DNA from: Minutocellus sp. GHC0000111
Lineage: Eukaryota
Direction of reading: 5' to 3'
DNA length: 64,000 bases
NCBI GenBank assembly: GCA_977018835.1
Contig: OZ361257.1
Location: forward strand, 682,001-746,000
The notes under the pieces were generated by a model, which was given only the letters and a program-made list of their open reading frames with translations, searched no databases and was not told where the DNA came from. Position numbers and translations under genes: made by a program. Numbering within the stretch: position 1 is the first letter of the stretch; each line of letters starts with the position of its first letter. Positions 37,270-49,103 of the stretch are shown here, in pieces.

Positions 37270-39401
37270 TCTATTCGAGGTCACGGTCTCTCCAAGCGTT
37301 GGGATTGTTCGCCGGTACGAAGCCTTCGAAGGTAGCTGCCAGATTAAGTCTGGCTGATTGGCTCCTGGTAGTTCTTCTTGGTACGGGCACTTCTGTGTCT
37401 TCTTCGACGGATGCTATTACTGCAGCTACTGTAGCATTAGTAAGAGCATTTATTGACGAACCCTGTGCGCTGTACCAATTCGTCTTCCATGGTGTAGCCC
37501 CTCTGCCAACGGACCCACAAAATGATCAGCCAACCAATTTCCAAAAGGAATCTCAAATATTTCCAGCACATATTGTTCTTCATCGTACCCAATCGCATCA
37601 TATTCCTGAAAGGTGTAGTATGGTGAGAGCAAGGCATCGGCTTGGTCGGGGCGGGGCACCGGGAGGACCAGTAGAGAGGGGCGGAATGCCACCGCCAAGA
37701 AGAGCACGGACCCGGCTGCATGGGACAACAAGCGCTTTCTCTTCTTTCCTCTTGGCTGCCATTGTTGTCCACAAAACTCCACCCTTGCCACCGGGAGGAT
37801 TTGGTTTCGGGCATTCAAAGCCACATTTCGCCCTGAAATTTTCAGCATTCTTCACGCGATCCTTCATAGCACGGAACATTCCTACCTTTGATAAGTCAAG
37901 CCATTGCAGCTCGTTATCGTCAGGGAGAAGCAACGTCGCAACGACGAGTAGTAGTGTCGATTTTCTCACGTTCTTCCTTAGTTGGCAGCACCTTGTGGTA
38001 AACTTGGACCTCCGACGTGTCGGCATCAGTTGATAAAGCATTTGTAGCAGACGAATTGGTAGGTTGCGTGCGAGCAGACTGGAGGAAAAGCGTAGCTGCG
38101 TCCCTCATGCATGCCTCGGCAGCTTCAGTCTCAGAGCGTTTTGACACCACAGCCATCTCGGCTTTGGCCTTCAAAGTATTTTCGTGCAACTTAAAGTCTT
38201 TGATAATGGCGGCAAGCTCATCCCGCTTTGCCTTGATCCCTTCATCAGTATCTATCTTCTTCTTGAGCTCTTGTTCGTGCTGGGAGGCCTGAGAAATAAT
38301 TTCATCGAGCTTTGCCATTTTCACGGAAATGATCTTGTCACAATCGATGCTTTCGATCTTGACCTTTAGCTCATCCTTGAGCCGTTCATACTGTTCCTTC
38401 GCCGCAACGACGCCCTTGTCTTTAGCAATCTCAGCAATGCGCTTCGCGTACTGCTGCTGCTGCTTCTTCAAGTTAGCGCGCTCTTGCTCAAGACTGTCAG
38501 TGCCTTCCACAAGTTTAGCAGTAGCTGCCTCATATCGTTTCTTCACGACAACGACGCCCTTGTCTTTAGCAATCTCAGCAATGCGCTTCGCGTACTGCTG
38601 CTGCTGCTTCTTCAAGTTAGCACGCTCTTGCTTAAGACTGGCAGTGCCTTCCGCAAGTTTAGCAGTAGCTGCCTCGTATCGTTTCTTCTCGGCAACAACG
38701 CCCTTGCCTTTATTAGCAATCTCAGCAATGCGCTTCGCGTACTGCTGCTGCTCCTTCATAAAGTTAGCGCGCTCTTCACCCATGCGCTGCTTCGTCTTAT
38801 AACCATCTGCTATGAGCTGCGCGGCAATGCTACTGCGCTTCGCATACTGCTGCTTCTCCTTCTCCAAATCGGCGCGCTCTTGCTCAAGACTGGCAGCGGC
38901 TGCCTCGTATCGTTTCTTGACACTATCGGCCACGGAAGGAAAAAGATATGCGATAGAAGGACCAGCACATGCACGCATGTGCTGGTCCTCCGCCTCCGCC
39001 CACCCAAACCCAGATCCTGGTCGCTGCGGCGCTGGATGCAGTGGATTACTATCGGCTTTGACTTGGTCTGCCAGTGCTCGGCAGCCTCGCGCGCCGTTCG
39101 CTAGGGATTGCAGGGCGCCAGCCACTCCTTTTGCTTGGCCGGTATCTTCCGACTGATCTGCCGTTCGAGGCCGGCGGGATGGCCGCCGATCTTGATTATC
39201 TTGCCCTTCCATTCTCGGTGTTAGAATATGCGGGGGCAAGCGGGATCTCTTCGTCCCAAGGCCAAAGTTTCGAGGCGGTGAGGATGCCATCATTTGCAGA
39301 TCCTGGTTGGGGGTGGCGGGCGCGGCGGCGGGGCGCGACAGCTGAGGCTCGTCATCGCTACCGGTGTGTCCGCCAGTTCCTTGGGAAGTAGCAAAATTCA
39401 T
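37270..39401 (-). pseudogene. Coiled-coil repeat protein whose C-terminal part continues through several frameshifts; unknown family
   Basis: 493-aa ORF (39401-37920). Protein-like sequence continues in the overlapping minus-strand frames 38041-37598 and 37848-37450, and ends near 37270 (...NNPNAWRDRDLE*). Confidence 0.45.
38400..38920 (-). repeat. Coding tandem repeat, about 4 units of 105-147 bp
   Basis: The cgcttcgc(g/a)tactgctgc anchor occurs at 38440, 38584, 38731 and 38836. Units encode KKRYEAATAKL..ERANLKKQQQQYAKRIAEIAKDKGVV. Confidence 0.9.
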
Positions 39402-40531
39402 GCTGCTTCCCTCTGCTGCTGTGATCTGCTAGGATATGATGGGTGTGCGGGGGAATGATATACCGCGGAGGTGCCCATGGGGTTGGCGGGTCGATAGGCT
39501 TGGGCGAGGCGGGAAAAAGGCGAGCACAACTCGTGCCTGGGGGCAAAGCCCCTTCGTTCCCGATACAGAGTTTCCATATCGGGGGAGAACAATTCGGTCT
39601 GGCCAACCATCGTGACCAAGAGGGAGGCTGCTACTGCAGAAAATCGAGCAATGAATGAAATTGCGCTGTCACCGCCAACATCCTCCGTCATCACTTCATC
39701 ACGTCCCTATCTTCTGTGCCTTCCATGACTGATTTTCGGGCACACCACCAGAGGAGGAGATTTTGCTGGTCTCTTCAAGCGAATGTGTCGAGAACAGATG
39801 AATTCAGAGTGCTGGGCGAAGATTTGCCGTGCTTGCTCTTTTAAGGTTTGAAAAACATCAGTACTGAAAATTTCAATGTCATCATGACCATGACTCGTTC
39901 GACTCAATATCACCAGGAACCAAAAAAATATATTCTGGCAGGGCCGGCGCGCCACGTCTTGCCGTGGTCGCGTCTCGGACGTCTTTCCGTGTGGTCGCGT
40001 CCCTCATCTTTCTCCTTCTTTGCTTCGCTTCGTCGACACCTGCCTCACTCGACGAAATGCACAAACCCCGCCGTTGTTTCCCGGGCGCAAAATAAGAGGA
40101 TAAGAGCCCAGCAAGTTGCATAAGCACGAGAGATCCATCATCTCGAAGCAGTGGCCATTCCATTGAAAGTTGAAGAATCCGTTTCGTCCCACCCGTTCGC
40201 ATTTGATTCGATTTATACGATTGCCGGCACAACTTGTGTTTCCGGGGGCGCAGAAACTCAGAAGCCGCGCTACCGGGTAACTTCACCTGAAAGTCAGGAA
40301 CTTGTCGGGTTGAATTGTCGATTTCCTGTTCGGGGAGCACTTGGTCGCGATATCTTATTTGGTTCCGCGGTGCACTTGACTATACGGCGGTGAGCACTCG
40401 AGGTGCATCCACTCTTGTTTCGCCGCGCAACAGGTACTTACAGTAGCCTCCCGCCGCCGTCGAAAACCAAAGACGAACGAACGCCGCACCTTCGCAGCTC
40501 GCAGCGCCTGCGGCAAATACATAGCCTAATC

Positions 40532-43500
40532 ATGGTCGGCCGCCGGATCAAGCGAAAGGTGGCCAAGGAATCCGCCGCTACCAAGGCTCAGCAAAAGGCG
40601 GAACTCCTCGAGAAGAAGAGGGCAAGCCTCGCCAAGGCCCGGGCGGCCAAGGCGCGCAAGTTCCAGCAGCGGCAGAAGAAGAAGAATCAGCGGCAGCAGC
40701 ACGCACAGATGAGCGCGACCGCGACCGCCAGTGCCGCGACCGGACCGGCCGGACCAACCGCTACCGCCGGCTTAGGCGGCAGTCTTGATTGCGACATGCA
40801 GCAGAAATGCCGTCGCTTGCCGGAAAATGCCAGCGGTGGGGAGAGCGCCGGTCCCGGTCCCGCCGTCGGTCGCGGCTCCGATCCCGGACTGGAGGACCAA
40901 GATTCGACCTCCAGAGATGACGTCCTTGAGCATGCGGCGGCCGCCCAAGAGGAGGCGGTGCACGAGCATCAGCATGCAATGCCGGATCAGCAATCGAGCG
41001 AAAAGCGGCACCTCGGCGGCAAAGGCGATGACCGGCCCTTCATCCCCAGCGGCGTCCTTGTCGGTCATCGCATCTTGCGTTCGTTCGGCGATGACGACGG
41101 AAGCGGACCGGACGGGTGCTTCGTTCTGCAATCCCCAACGTCGGAGGAAGCGGAAGAGGTCGACTCGGCCTTGTTCATTGGCACGGTCATTTCTTACCGC
41201 CCTCCCAAGGTGTACGAGGATCTGATGCCGAGGAATGACGTTGAGGATCAGAACGTCCAGGACGAGGTCGCCGGTAACGGCGGACGGCGTAAAGGCAGGA
41301 AGAAAAAGAAGAAACGCATGGGCAGACCGAGGAAAGACGCAGTCCGGGAGCTGGACTATGCCCTATACCGAGTCCAATTCGACGATGGGGATGTTATGGA
41401 CATGGAACCCAAGGAGGTCTTCCAGTGCAGTCAGCTTTACGATGCGAAGGTGAGAGACACAGATGGCGTACTGAGCGATGACGACTGCTACGTACCAATA
41501 TATATTTACTTACTTCTGTTGTCTCGGGTTTTGTATTGTTATTGGTCGTCTTATTTATTATTTTCAATGTATAATCTCACTTCGTCATATTTTCTCCACT
41601 TTCACGCCCATGCGCCCAATAGCGGGAGGAAATCATTGACTCGTCGTCCGAGTACACCGGTCCTCCGCCGATGATCATGGGAAAGGACCACGACGACCCC
41701 CACCAGCCTGCCAATTTGGAATCTGGTCTAAGGGAGATCGCTCGTCATGCCAATCCGAGCTGCGACTCTCTTCTAGCCGACCCTACCACCCTTCGTGCTC
41801 TAGACACCGAGATCCAGGGATACTGGGTCCAGTACCGCGTCCACCACATCCAACGAGGCATCCCCCGCCCTCCCAGTATGTTGTCCGACGAGGAGCATAG
41901 CCAGCATCGAGCTGCCATGGCATCTTTCTCTCATCATCGATCTGATGGCACTGCCCTCCTTTCGCCCTTTGCCAACAATTTTGACCATGAGGATCAGCTG
42001 GGCGTGGTAGATGCCAGCGTTGATACTGTTCAAGGTTCAGACGTTATGCCACCTCCAGCTTTTGATTTCCATGACGACATACCTCGGACTCCTGGCGGCT
42101 CCCTCTCTCTGGATAAACCCTCCCACACACCATCGAAAAGGGCTGTAAGCCAAGGCATTTGCGAGGAGGAGGACGGAAAGCCTGCTGCCAGACGGCACCG
42201 CCATCAACTTTCAGATTCTTCCATGTCTGCCCGCCGCTCGGCGCCTGCCCGTGGTCGCGAAGATGTGAGCATTGTATCTGACGACGATTCTAGCCATTTC
42301 ACCGAAGATGCAGTAGAGGTAGAAGCTACTGCTGCCTCTGCCCAATCGCTGAATGTAAGGGAAGCTCCAAGCGTTAGTCCGGAGCACACGGGTCCGGAAA
42401 GCCCTCAAGCTTCCTGTAATGTCGCCGAGACTCTGCCTTCGCCGAATCCGAATCAAGATCTACCACATGATATGGAGCATGATGCCCATGTCGAGTCACA
42501 GCCCTCGCTGCATGTCGATGAGGGTGGCAACAATGCTTCGTCACAACAGGAGCAGTCGTCATTTGATCCATCGAAAGAAACTGGGCCGCCCCCTTCTGGA
42601 AGCGACACTATGGAGTGTGTTCAGGAGGAAACTCCAAGCGCACCTCTCCATGCCAATCCCGACGAAGATGCCGGAACGAGCGTCGCCTCGACTTTTTCGC
42701 ATGCGTTCAATGGTAAGCTCTATGGATTTGAGAAAAGAGTGTCCCATCAACATCGCCGGATGAAGAAACCAAAGGTTCAAGGTCGAGCAAGATTTCCCGT
42801 ACTACCTCTCGCAAGCAGAAAGAGGAAACAGGGCCCATGCTCTCCTTCCGACGAATTCACAGAAACGACCCCGGCCGCTACCGACACCAATACTGTGACC
42901 CCTTCCCCCGTTGGTAGGTCTCTACAAAAGGTGGCAGTTGATGAGGTTGACTTACCCGATTTGGCGCCTACTGGAGTCGCAAGTCCAGTTGTTGGTGGGG
43001 ACGAAACTGCGGACGTCTCAAAATATCATACGAATCTGTCCGATCACGAGCCTGCTGCCGTTCAGAAACAAATCAGCCTTCCCAAGGAAAGTTGTAAGGC
43101 GAGTTGTGATGATGATCTCGCCGCTACTAGTCCAAGTGATGAAATGGTGACTGCCAAGCCGAATAGAGAATTCCCAACAATTCTAGTTCCAGAGGGCGAA
43201 CAGATTGCAATTAGCGAAACTCCGCGAGATTCGGAGCATTCGGCAACCATGCACGAATTTGCAGAAATAATGGCCGCACCATCCCCTGCCAGAGCTTCTG
43301 TGACGTTTGCAGCATCTGTTAAAGAGGCAGTTGGCGAGGAGTTGCCGACCTCCAGCGACTCTGCACGTGCTAATGTTGCAACAGCGTCTCCTGAAACTAC
43401 TGTCGCTGCTGCTACCCTGGCAGATGCCGACGTCGGGAGAATGATCAATGGCGAGGATGGAGCTCACAGTCGAAACTATTCCATTTTGTCACGCGCTTAT

Positions 43501-45210
43501 GCCGTCGGCCCTGGCCTGCATCGTAGCCGTGGTCCCGATATACACGTCGTCCTTTCAGCTGTCTATGAACCTCTCTCGTCTCAATCGTCAACGAAAGTGG
43601 ATTCTGACACGACAACTTCCGGAGTGCTACCAAGCCTACAGATGCAGCAAAGTCAAGATTCAGCCTCGCGGTATATGTCATCCGATTACCGCTACAAGGC
43701 GGAAGTTGCCGATGATACCCGGATATCGTCGTTGCCGAATATTACGCATCTTGCCGAAGGTCTCGCCAAGAAATATTCTTTATCCAGGGAATGGTCGGCA
43801 CGGATTGATTTGGTTTTGTCAGTCGAAGGCAACGGGCTTGCTCGTTGGCCTGGAACACCATCTGTTGATAGATACTCCGCCGTATCGGTCATGTCGGGTT
43901 TCCCCCCCGAACGATTTCCGGCCGATATCCGCGATGGTGTGACATCTATAGCGGCAGCTTTCAAAGAAGGGCGTGTCGTTGATATCACCAAGGGTCATCT
44001 CCGGGGACAGAGAGGCGTCGTTCGGAAGGTCATTCGCCCTGATAAACTCCTGGTGATGGTAATTGAGAGTGGTCACGAAAAGGAGCATCTTATTATTGCC
44101 ACCGATGCGAGACAACTTTCGCAGGAAGAGGTGGTGAAATCTCTGCTTCAGGGTCCAAATAAACACACCTACAGTGACATGAATATGTCCGATCTAGACC
44201 ACGCGATGGGGTCGACAAGTCCTCGCTTGCGTAACGAAGATTTCCTCGCTGATGTTGACCACATGCTCAATGAGGAATTGCACGAAATTGATGCTTTGTC
44301 CGCCATGAATATATTCCCTCCCTGTGATCCAGGCCGAGTTAGTACTTTTGTCCCCACGTCGGCAGCTCTCTCCGCGCTCAAGGCATCGCCATATTCCGCC
44401 GATGGCAGAGCAGTTCGACGACGAAGGGCTGTAAGGAAACCAAAAGGTCAAGGAGGAAGACGCCGAAAAAGCGATGTGCCCTCTTCCGGGGCTCTTCCCG
44501 TTGGCGATGATGCGTCGGGCGGAACCACAAAGAAAAAGAGAGGTAGGAAGCGCAAAAATGATGGTAGTTTTGAGCCAAGTACGACGAAAAGGCGTGGCAG
44601 AAAGCCAGTCAGCGATGACGAGGTTTCAAATAACATGAATCGCACCACCGATGGGACTAAGCGACGTGGTAGGAAACCTTCGACGTCCACCACAAGGCGT
44701 GGCAGGCCATCTACTTCCAAGGATGGTGCTCATTCCCCTACCACCACGAAGAGCAGGCGAGGAAGAGCGCCGAGAATTGAGGGAGAATCGACCACCAGGA
44801 TCAAGATCAGGCAGTCCGTTCCTGGGAAAGTAAGCGACGAAGAACCAGTTGGGGCTGAGCTCCAGCTACCCGTTCCTAAGCGACAACGCCGAGGAAATCA
44901 CTGGAAAACAAAGGCTGCACAACCGCTTCCTGTACCCAAGGAACCAGTGGTGCAGAAGGCTGCTCTCGATCGAGTTGAAACCATGCTCCGTAAGAAGGCC
45001 GAAAGAATGAAAGGAACTGAAAAATGGGACAAGATTGCCAGCGGTGTATCCCACGGCAAGGGCGATATTTCTGTTCACACTTGGGGCCTACTCGCCTTGT
45101 TGGGCGTCTTCGAGATGAGAAATGCTGTGAGTTCGCTCGGCTACAAGCCGGTAGGAAACAAGATCGACATGCTTGGACAATTGAGCGCGCGTATGAGAAC
45201 TTGGGCTTAG
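40532..45210 (+). CDS. Large putative chromatin protein: Tudor-like domain, KOW-like motif, AT-hook-like motifs and a C-terminal SAP-like motif; intron 41450-41622
   Basis: VGHRILRSF..FIGTVISY..LYRVQFDDGDVMDM (Tudor-like), GRVVDITKGHLRGQRGVVRKV (KOW-like), KRGRKRK/RRGRKP/RRGRPS, and LGVFEMRNAVSSLGYKPVGNKIDMLGQL (SAP-like). A GT-AG intron joins both ORFs in frame. Confidence 0.65.
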
Positions 45211-45424
45211 AGATGCCCAAGCTCGATGTATAAGCACATACCACTTCTTCGAAATGGATTGATTTGCATTTTTTATAACAAATTATGTAAAATATGGTGT
45301 ACCGAAAAAAGGCCGCCAGAGAAGCTATTGGTCGGATAATAGATCAATGCGTGCTGGAAGGACCTCTTTGGTACTTGACACTTAAAAATAGAAAACCCGT
45401 ACATACTTATTGGCTCAAGTGTTT

Positions 45425-46984
45425 TTATTTTTGGGACTTTCCCCTTTGATTTCTTTTTTCGCTACCTAATTTAAACGGCATCTCGACAATCTGTCTCGCA
45501 CTGCTGTCCACCTTCTCGCCGCTCATTGTCAAGATACTGATGACATCATCCTTTCCTTCGCCTCCGTGGATAATCTCCAAAACTTCCGGTGTTCCGGCCA
45601 TGACTCCTCTGCTTGCACCGACGTCTACTCTCCACGCCTTGCATTTTAGAGCCGCGTTAATTTGATGTTGAGGGGTATGGCCCATGACCATCCTTTGAAC
45701 ACCGTATCCAACCTTGTCGAGCGCTTCATCGATTAGCTGCTGAGCGCGAGGGTCTTTCGGGATCGAATCGTTTGGACTGCTATAATTTGTCATCCACACC
45801 GGGCTTTGTTCCCCGGAACCACCGCCGAGACAATTGGGCATCTTCTTTGTAGCCCCCCTGGCTCGTTTTTGTGCCGACTCCACAACTTCCGCCACTGTTT
45901 CATACGTACCAACATAATCATGCTCTCCATGGTGAGGTTGCAAGATCCAGTCCCTGGCGGATTGATTCATTCTTTCAATACTTCCATACTCTTCAATATG
46001 ATTGGCTGTCAAGCCCGCGTGGACAAAGACGGTTCTGCCGACAACGACGCAAACCTTCATATTGGCCAGCAGATTTGCAGCGAGTAAGCCGCCAGGTTCA
46101 AAGGCACTCCATCTACTTGCTTGGTTGCCAGCAAACATTAGCCTCCACCGATTGCTGTCCAAGGCCGTATCGATTGCCGCGCCGATATCGCGCTCGAACT
46201 CCGCATTCCCACCCGAATAAGCGTACTGAAACAAGCCGACAGTGTTCAAGCTTTCATGGTTGCCATACAACATGATGAGCTCCCCGCCAGCATCTCGAGC
46301 CTGTCGTGAGAGGGTCGTGAGGAGACGAAAACATGCCAGCTCGTCATCGCCCCGGTCGAGAATGTCGCCGCACTGTACGCAAATGGTGTTGCCTCCCGAC
46401 CAAACGGGCTCTTCTACAGAAGATGAGGGATCCATGACTCCGGCCGTAACGAGGAAGCCCTTCAGCGCCTGAATATCGCCGTGAACGTCACCGAACGTGA
46501 CTATGCGCCGGCCGGGATCCAGATCAGTGATGATATCGGAAGGGGGGGGCGGGAGGTCGTACTCATGAATTTTGGCCGCCATTGCCTCGTCGGCAAGAGC
46601 CGCTGCCGTCAGAGTGGGATATCGCTTCTTGCTCTCTTGCTCCTCAACTTTAACGCTAGCATTGTCTTCGTTGCCAATGCTACCCAGTGTACTCGTACTG
46701 AATTGTCGTGTGAGAGACGAGCCGTAGTGGGATGGTTGCAAGCCAAATGCTAGGGGGCGTTGAGACGAGAACTGCGTCACTGGTACATTTCGGACAGCAT
46801 CAACAGCAAGCGCCGATACCGTTCGTGTCGGAACAAATGCAGTGAGGGAGGGCGCGGCCGACAAAGATTGACGGGAACTACCTGCACCGCTTCGACGCGC
46901 GGCACCGGAAACCGCCGCTGCTGCAACAGCGATGGGCCGGGAAGAGGAGGAGGAGGCAAGGCCAAGGAGAATACTCGCGGTCAT
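45425..46984 (-). CDS. Shewanella-like protein phosphatase (SLP, PPP/metallophosphoesterase), with an organellar targeting extension
   Basis: GDVHGD, GDILDRG, GNHE, HAGL, GHTPQ and VDVGASRG. Confidence 0.88.
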   Translation of the reverse strand: MTASILLGLASSSSSRPIAVAAAAVSGAARRSGAGSSRQSLSAAPSLTAFVPTRTVSALAVDAVRNVPVTQFSSQRPLAFGLQPSHYGSSLTRQFSTSTLGSIGNEDNASVKVEEQESKKRYPTLTAAALADEAMAAKIHEYDLPPPPSDIITDLDPGRRIVTFGDVHGDIQALKGFLVTAGVMDPSSSVEEPVWSGGNTICVQCGDILDRGDDELACFRLLTTLSRQARDAGGELIMLYGNHESLNTVGLFQYAYSGGNAEFERDIGAAIDTALDSNRWRLMFAGNQASRWSAFEPGGLLAANLLANMKVCVVVGRTVFVHAGLTANHIEEYGSIERMNQSARDWILQPHHGEHDYVGTYETVAEVVESAQKRARGATKKMPNCLGGGSGEQSPVWMTNYSSPNDSIPKDPRAQQLIDEALDKVGYGVQRMVMGHTPQHQINAALKCKAWRVDVGASRGVMAGTPEVLEIIHGGEGKDDVISILTMSGEKVDSSARQIVEMPFKLGSEKRNQRGKSQK

Positions 46985-47357
46985 CTTTCTGGTCAGCGTG
47001 GTGGTTTGCCCCTTTGTAGCTCTATGCTCGTTTTGTCGTCGTTTCTTTGAGGCTGTCATTTTACTGTTGGTACCAGCTTCATGGGTTCGTTCCCCAAATT
47101 CACTCTTCACGGAGATCGGCACGATGGACGAGATATAGTTGTAGGTAGGTATGGTATCACGCAAGTAATGCGCAATAATCAGCACTCTTTTGTTTTGCTC
47201 AATAAACTAGGTCGACGAAGAAACACATGTTCCACGCTTATTTCCGTCGATTTTGGCGCTGCTTGCTCTCTCTCGTGTTACATCGTAGAAACATCTGCAA
47301 AACACAGGCGATGCCAACTTGAACGGCTGTGGCAGGCAGATCGTGTTTCAGATTTTA

Positions 47358-47439
47358 GAAAGCAAGCCAGCATTCGGAACAAAGATCTCACAAGTGAAGT
47401 GAAAGCAAGCCAGCATTCGGAACAAAGATCTCACAAGTG
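47358..47439. repeat. 43-bp tandem duplication
   Basis: gaaagcaagccagcattcggaacaaagatctcacaagtg is identical at 47358 and 47401. Confidence 0.92.
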
Positions 47440-47526
47440 GAAGCAGGTACTCCCCGTCGTGGGGAAAGTTTGGATTTGACTTTTTGTATTTTAAAAGGGA
47501 GTGCTTCAGATTCAATGAGTCACGCG

Positions 47527-47682
47527 CCAGCACATCAAATCGGCCTCATCAAATCCGCAGCATGTCAAAACAACCAGCATGTCAAGCCGCAGCAGCAATC
47601 AAACCGCAGCGGCACATCAAACCATACTCACCACCCGCAGCATATCAAAACGTTCAGCGTATCGAACCGCAGCAAATCAATT
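47527..47682. repeat. Degenerate minisatellite built of (ccg)cagca..tcaaa-like units
   Basis: Repeated cagcacatcaaa / ccgcagcatgtcaaa / ccgcagcagcaatcaaa / ccgcagcatatcaaa / ccgcagcaaatcaa. Confidence 0.6.
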
Positions 47683-47736
47683 CTGCTTGTAAGAAGATTT
47701 AGAAGCCTTCTTTTTTTCCTGCCTGTTGAGATGCAG

Positions 47737-47761
47737 TTAGTTAGTTGGTTAGTTAGTTAGT
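47737..47761. repeat. (TTAG)n short repeat
   Basis: ttagttagttggttagttagttag. Confidence 0.8.
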
Positions 47762-48657
47762 TTTCAAGGCATTGCTTGTCAGATCACGGTACCCGGCATT
47801 GTCTTTTGCGTAGTACGGGTCCTTTATATTGATTGATGTCCAATTCAATAATGCTCTCCCACACTTCTTGTACCTGTTCCGCGTCGTAGAGTCCGTCACG
47901 CGACCGTGGTGCGGAGGAGGCTTGATTTTTGCTGCTCGAGGAACGTCTTCCTTTGCGAGACGAGCTTGCGCATGCTTTCGACAACAACGAGCATGCTGAG
48001 TAGAACTACCATCATGCTGTCATGATGTGAAATATTGTTTACAACAATGATGTTAGGTAGGGACAGAAAGAATGTCAAAGTGATTCACTCACTGGCACAA
48101 ACCACGCAATCTCACCGGTCGCTTCGTCCCGCCGACACGATTTCGAACGCAGACCATTCTGGGGGGATGAGCAACAATACCTCTTGGCGAACTCTGTCCC
48201 CGCGTAAAAAGACACGCGAACATAGCAGCACGAAGTGCCGCAGCATTTCCTCCCAAAGAAAGCTAGCACAAAGTGCCATGTGGCATTGAAACTGCCTTCT
48301 AAAACCACTCACTGCACATGCACGTGTAGATCTACACATGTTAAAAACACACCCGTTACTTAGACTTTAATAACAACATGCTTCTGCTCGCATTCAACTC
48401 ATCGGGGCACCCGGGCCACATCTGCTGTAGCGCAACTATGTCCACACGAATCTGACTACGTGCCGGAACAAAGGAAATCTAGCAAACCATCTCCATGCGC
48501 GCAGATGGGTGCCCCCTCCCTGAGCTTGCGTTAGCCACTAGAACATCACCGCATCAGCACTAAACACGCATTGAACGCGTGCTCAGGCTTTTTATTGGTG
48601 GTAGGCCTAGTAGCTAGCGCTGTCGTTTCATTTCCTCCCCATTTACCCCCAAACTAG

Positions 48658-49020
48658 CTCGAATTCATCCAAAGCCTTGCCTCGCCGGCCTACCTGCACT
48701 ATCTGGCCACGTCCAACTATTTGACCGACCCAGCCTTTCTAGCGTATGTGAAGTATCTGCAATACTGGCGGCAGCCGCCGTACAATCGTTTCCTGACCTA
48801 TCCGCACTGTCTCACCTTTTTGGACCTTCTCCTGACCAACGAGACCTTTCGGCGGGAACTGAACAGCGTCCAGTTTCGCAACTTTTTGCATGAGCAGCAA
48901 TTTTACAGTTGGCAGTATCGGTCGAGGCATTTGTATGGTGCCGGTGGGAACGAGGATGCGACATTAAAGAGTGATGGTGCTGATGCCGATGGCGGAGTGG
49001 CAGCAGAAGCAGCGAAGTAG
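48658..49020 (+). CDS. MED31: Mediator subunit 31 (SOH1), terminal exon; first exon not identified
   Basis: LEFIQSLASPAYLHYLA...YVKYLQYWRQPPYNRFLTYPHCLTFLDLL...FRREL, preceded by a polypyrimidine tract and a TAG acceptor ending at 48657. Confidence 0.85.
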   Translation, partial: LEFIQSLASPAYLHYLATSNYLTDPAFLAYVKYLQYWRQPPYNRFLTYPHCLTFLDLLLTNETFRRELNSVQFRNFLHEQQFYSWQYRSRHLYGAGGNEDATLKSDGADADGGVAAEAAK

Positions 49021-49103
49021 TTTCGTAAAGCATGAAAATCTACGTATCATTCCACAACGAAGGTATTAGCTTTATTACATATAGAAGATAGCATCAAAAC
49101 TCA

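Noticed and set aside
47358..47682. CRISPR-like array
   Set aside because: Only two adjacent copies without unique spacers plus a degenerate minisatellite; eukaryotic context and no cas genes.
47737..47761. Telomeric repeat or retroelement tail
   Set aside because: Only about 6 TTAG units (not TTAGGG), and no reverse transcriptase motifs nearby.
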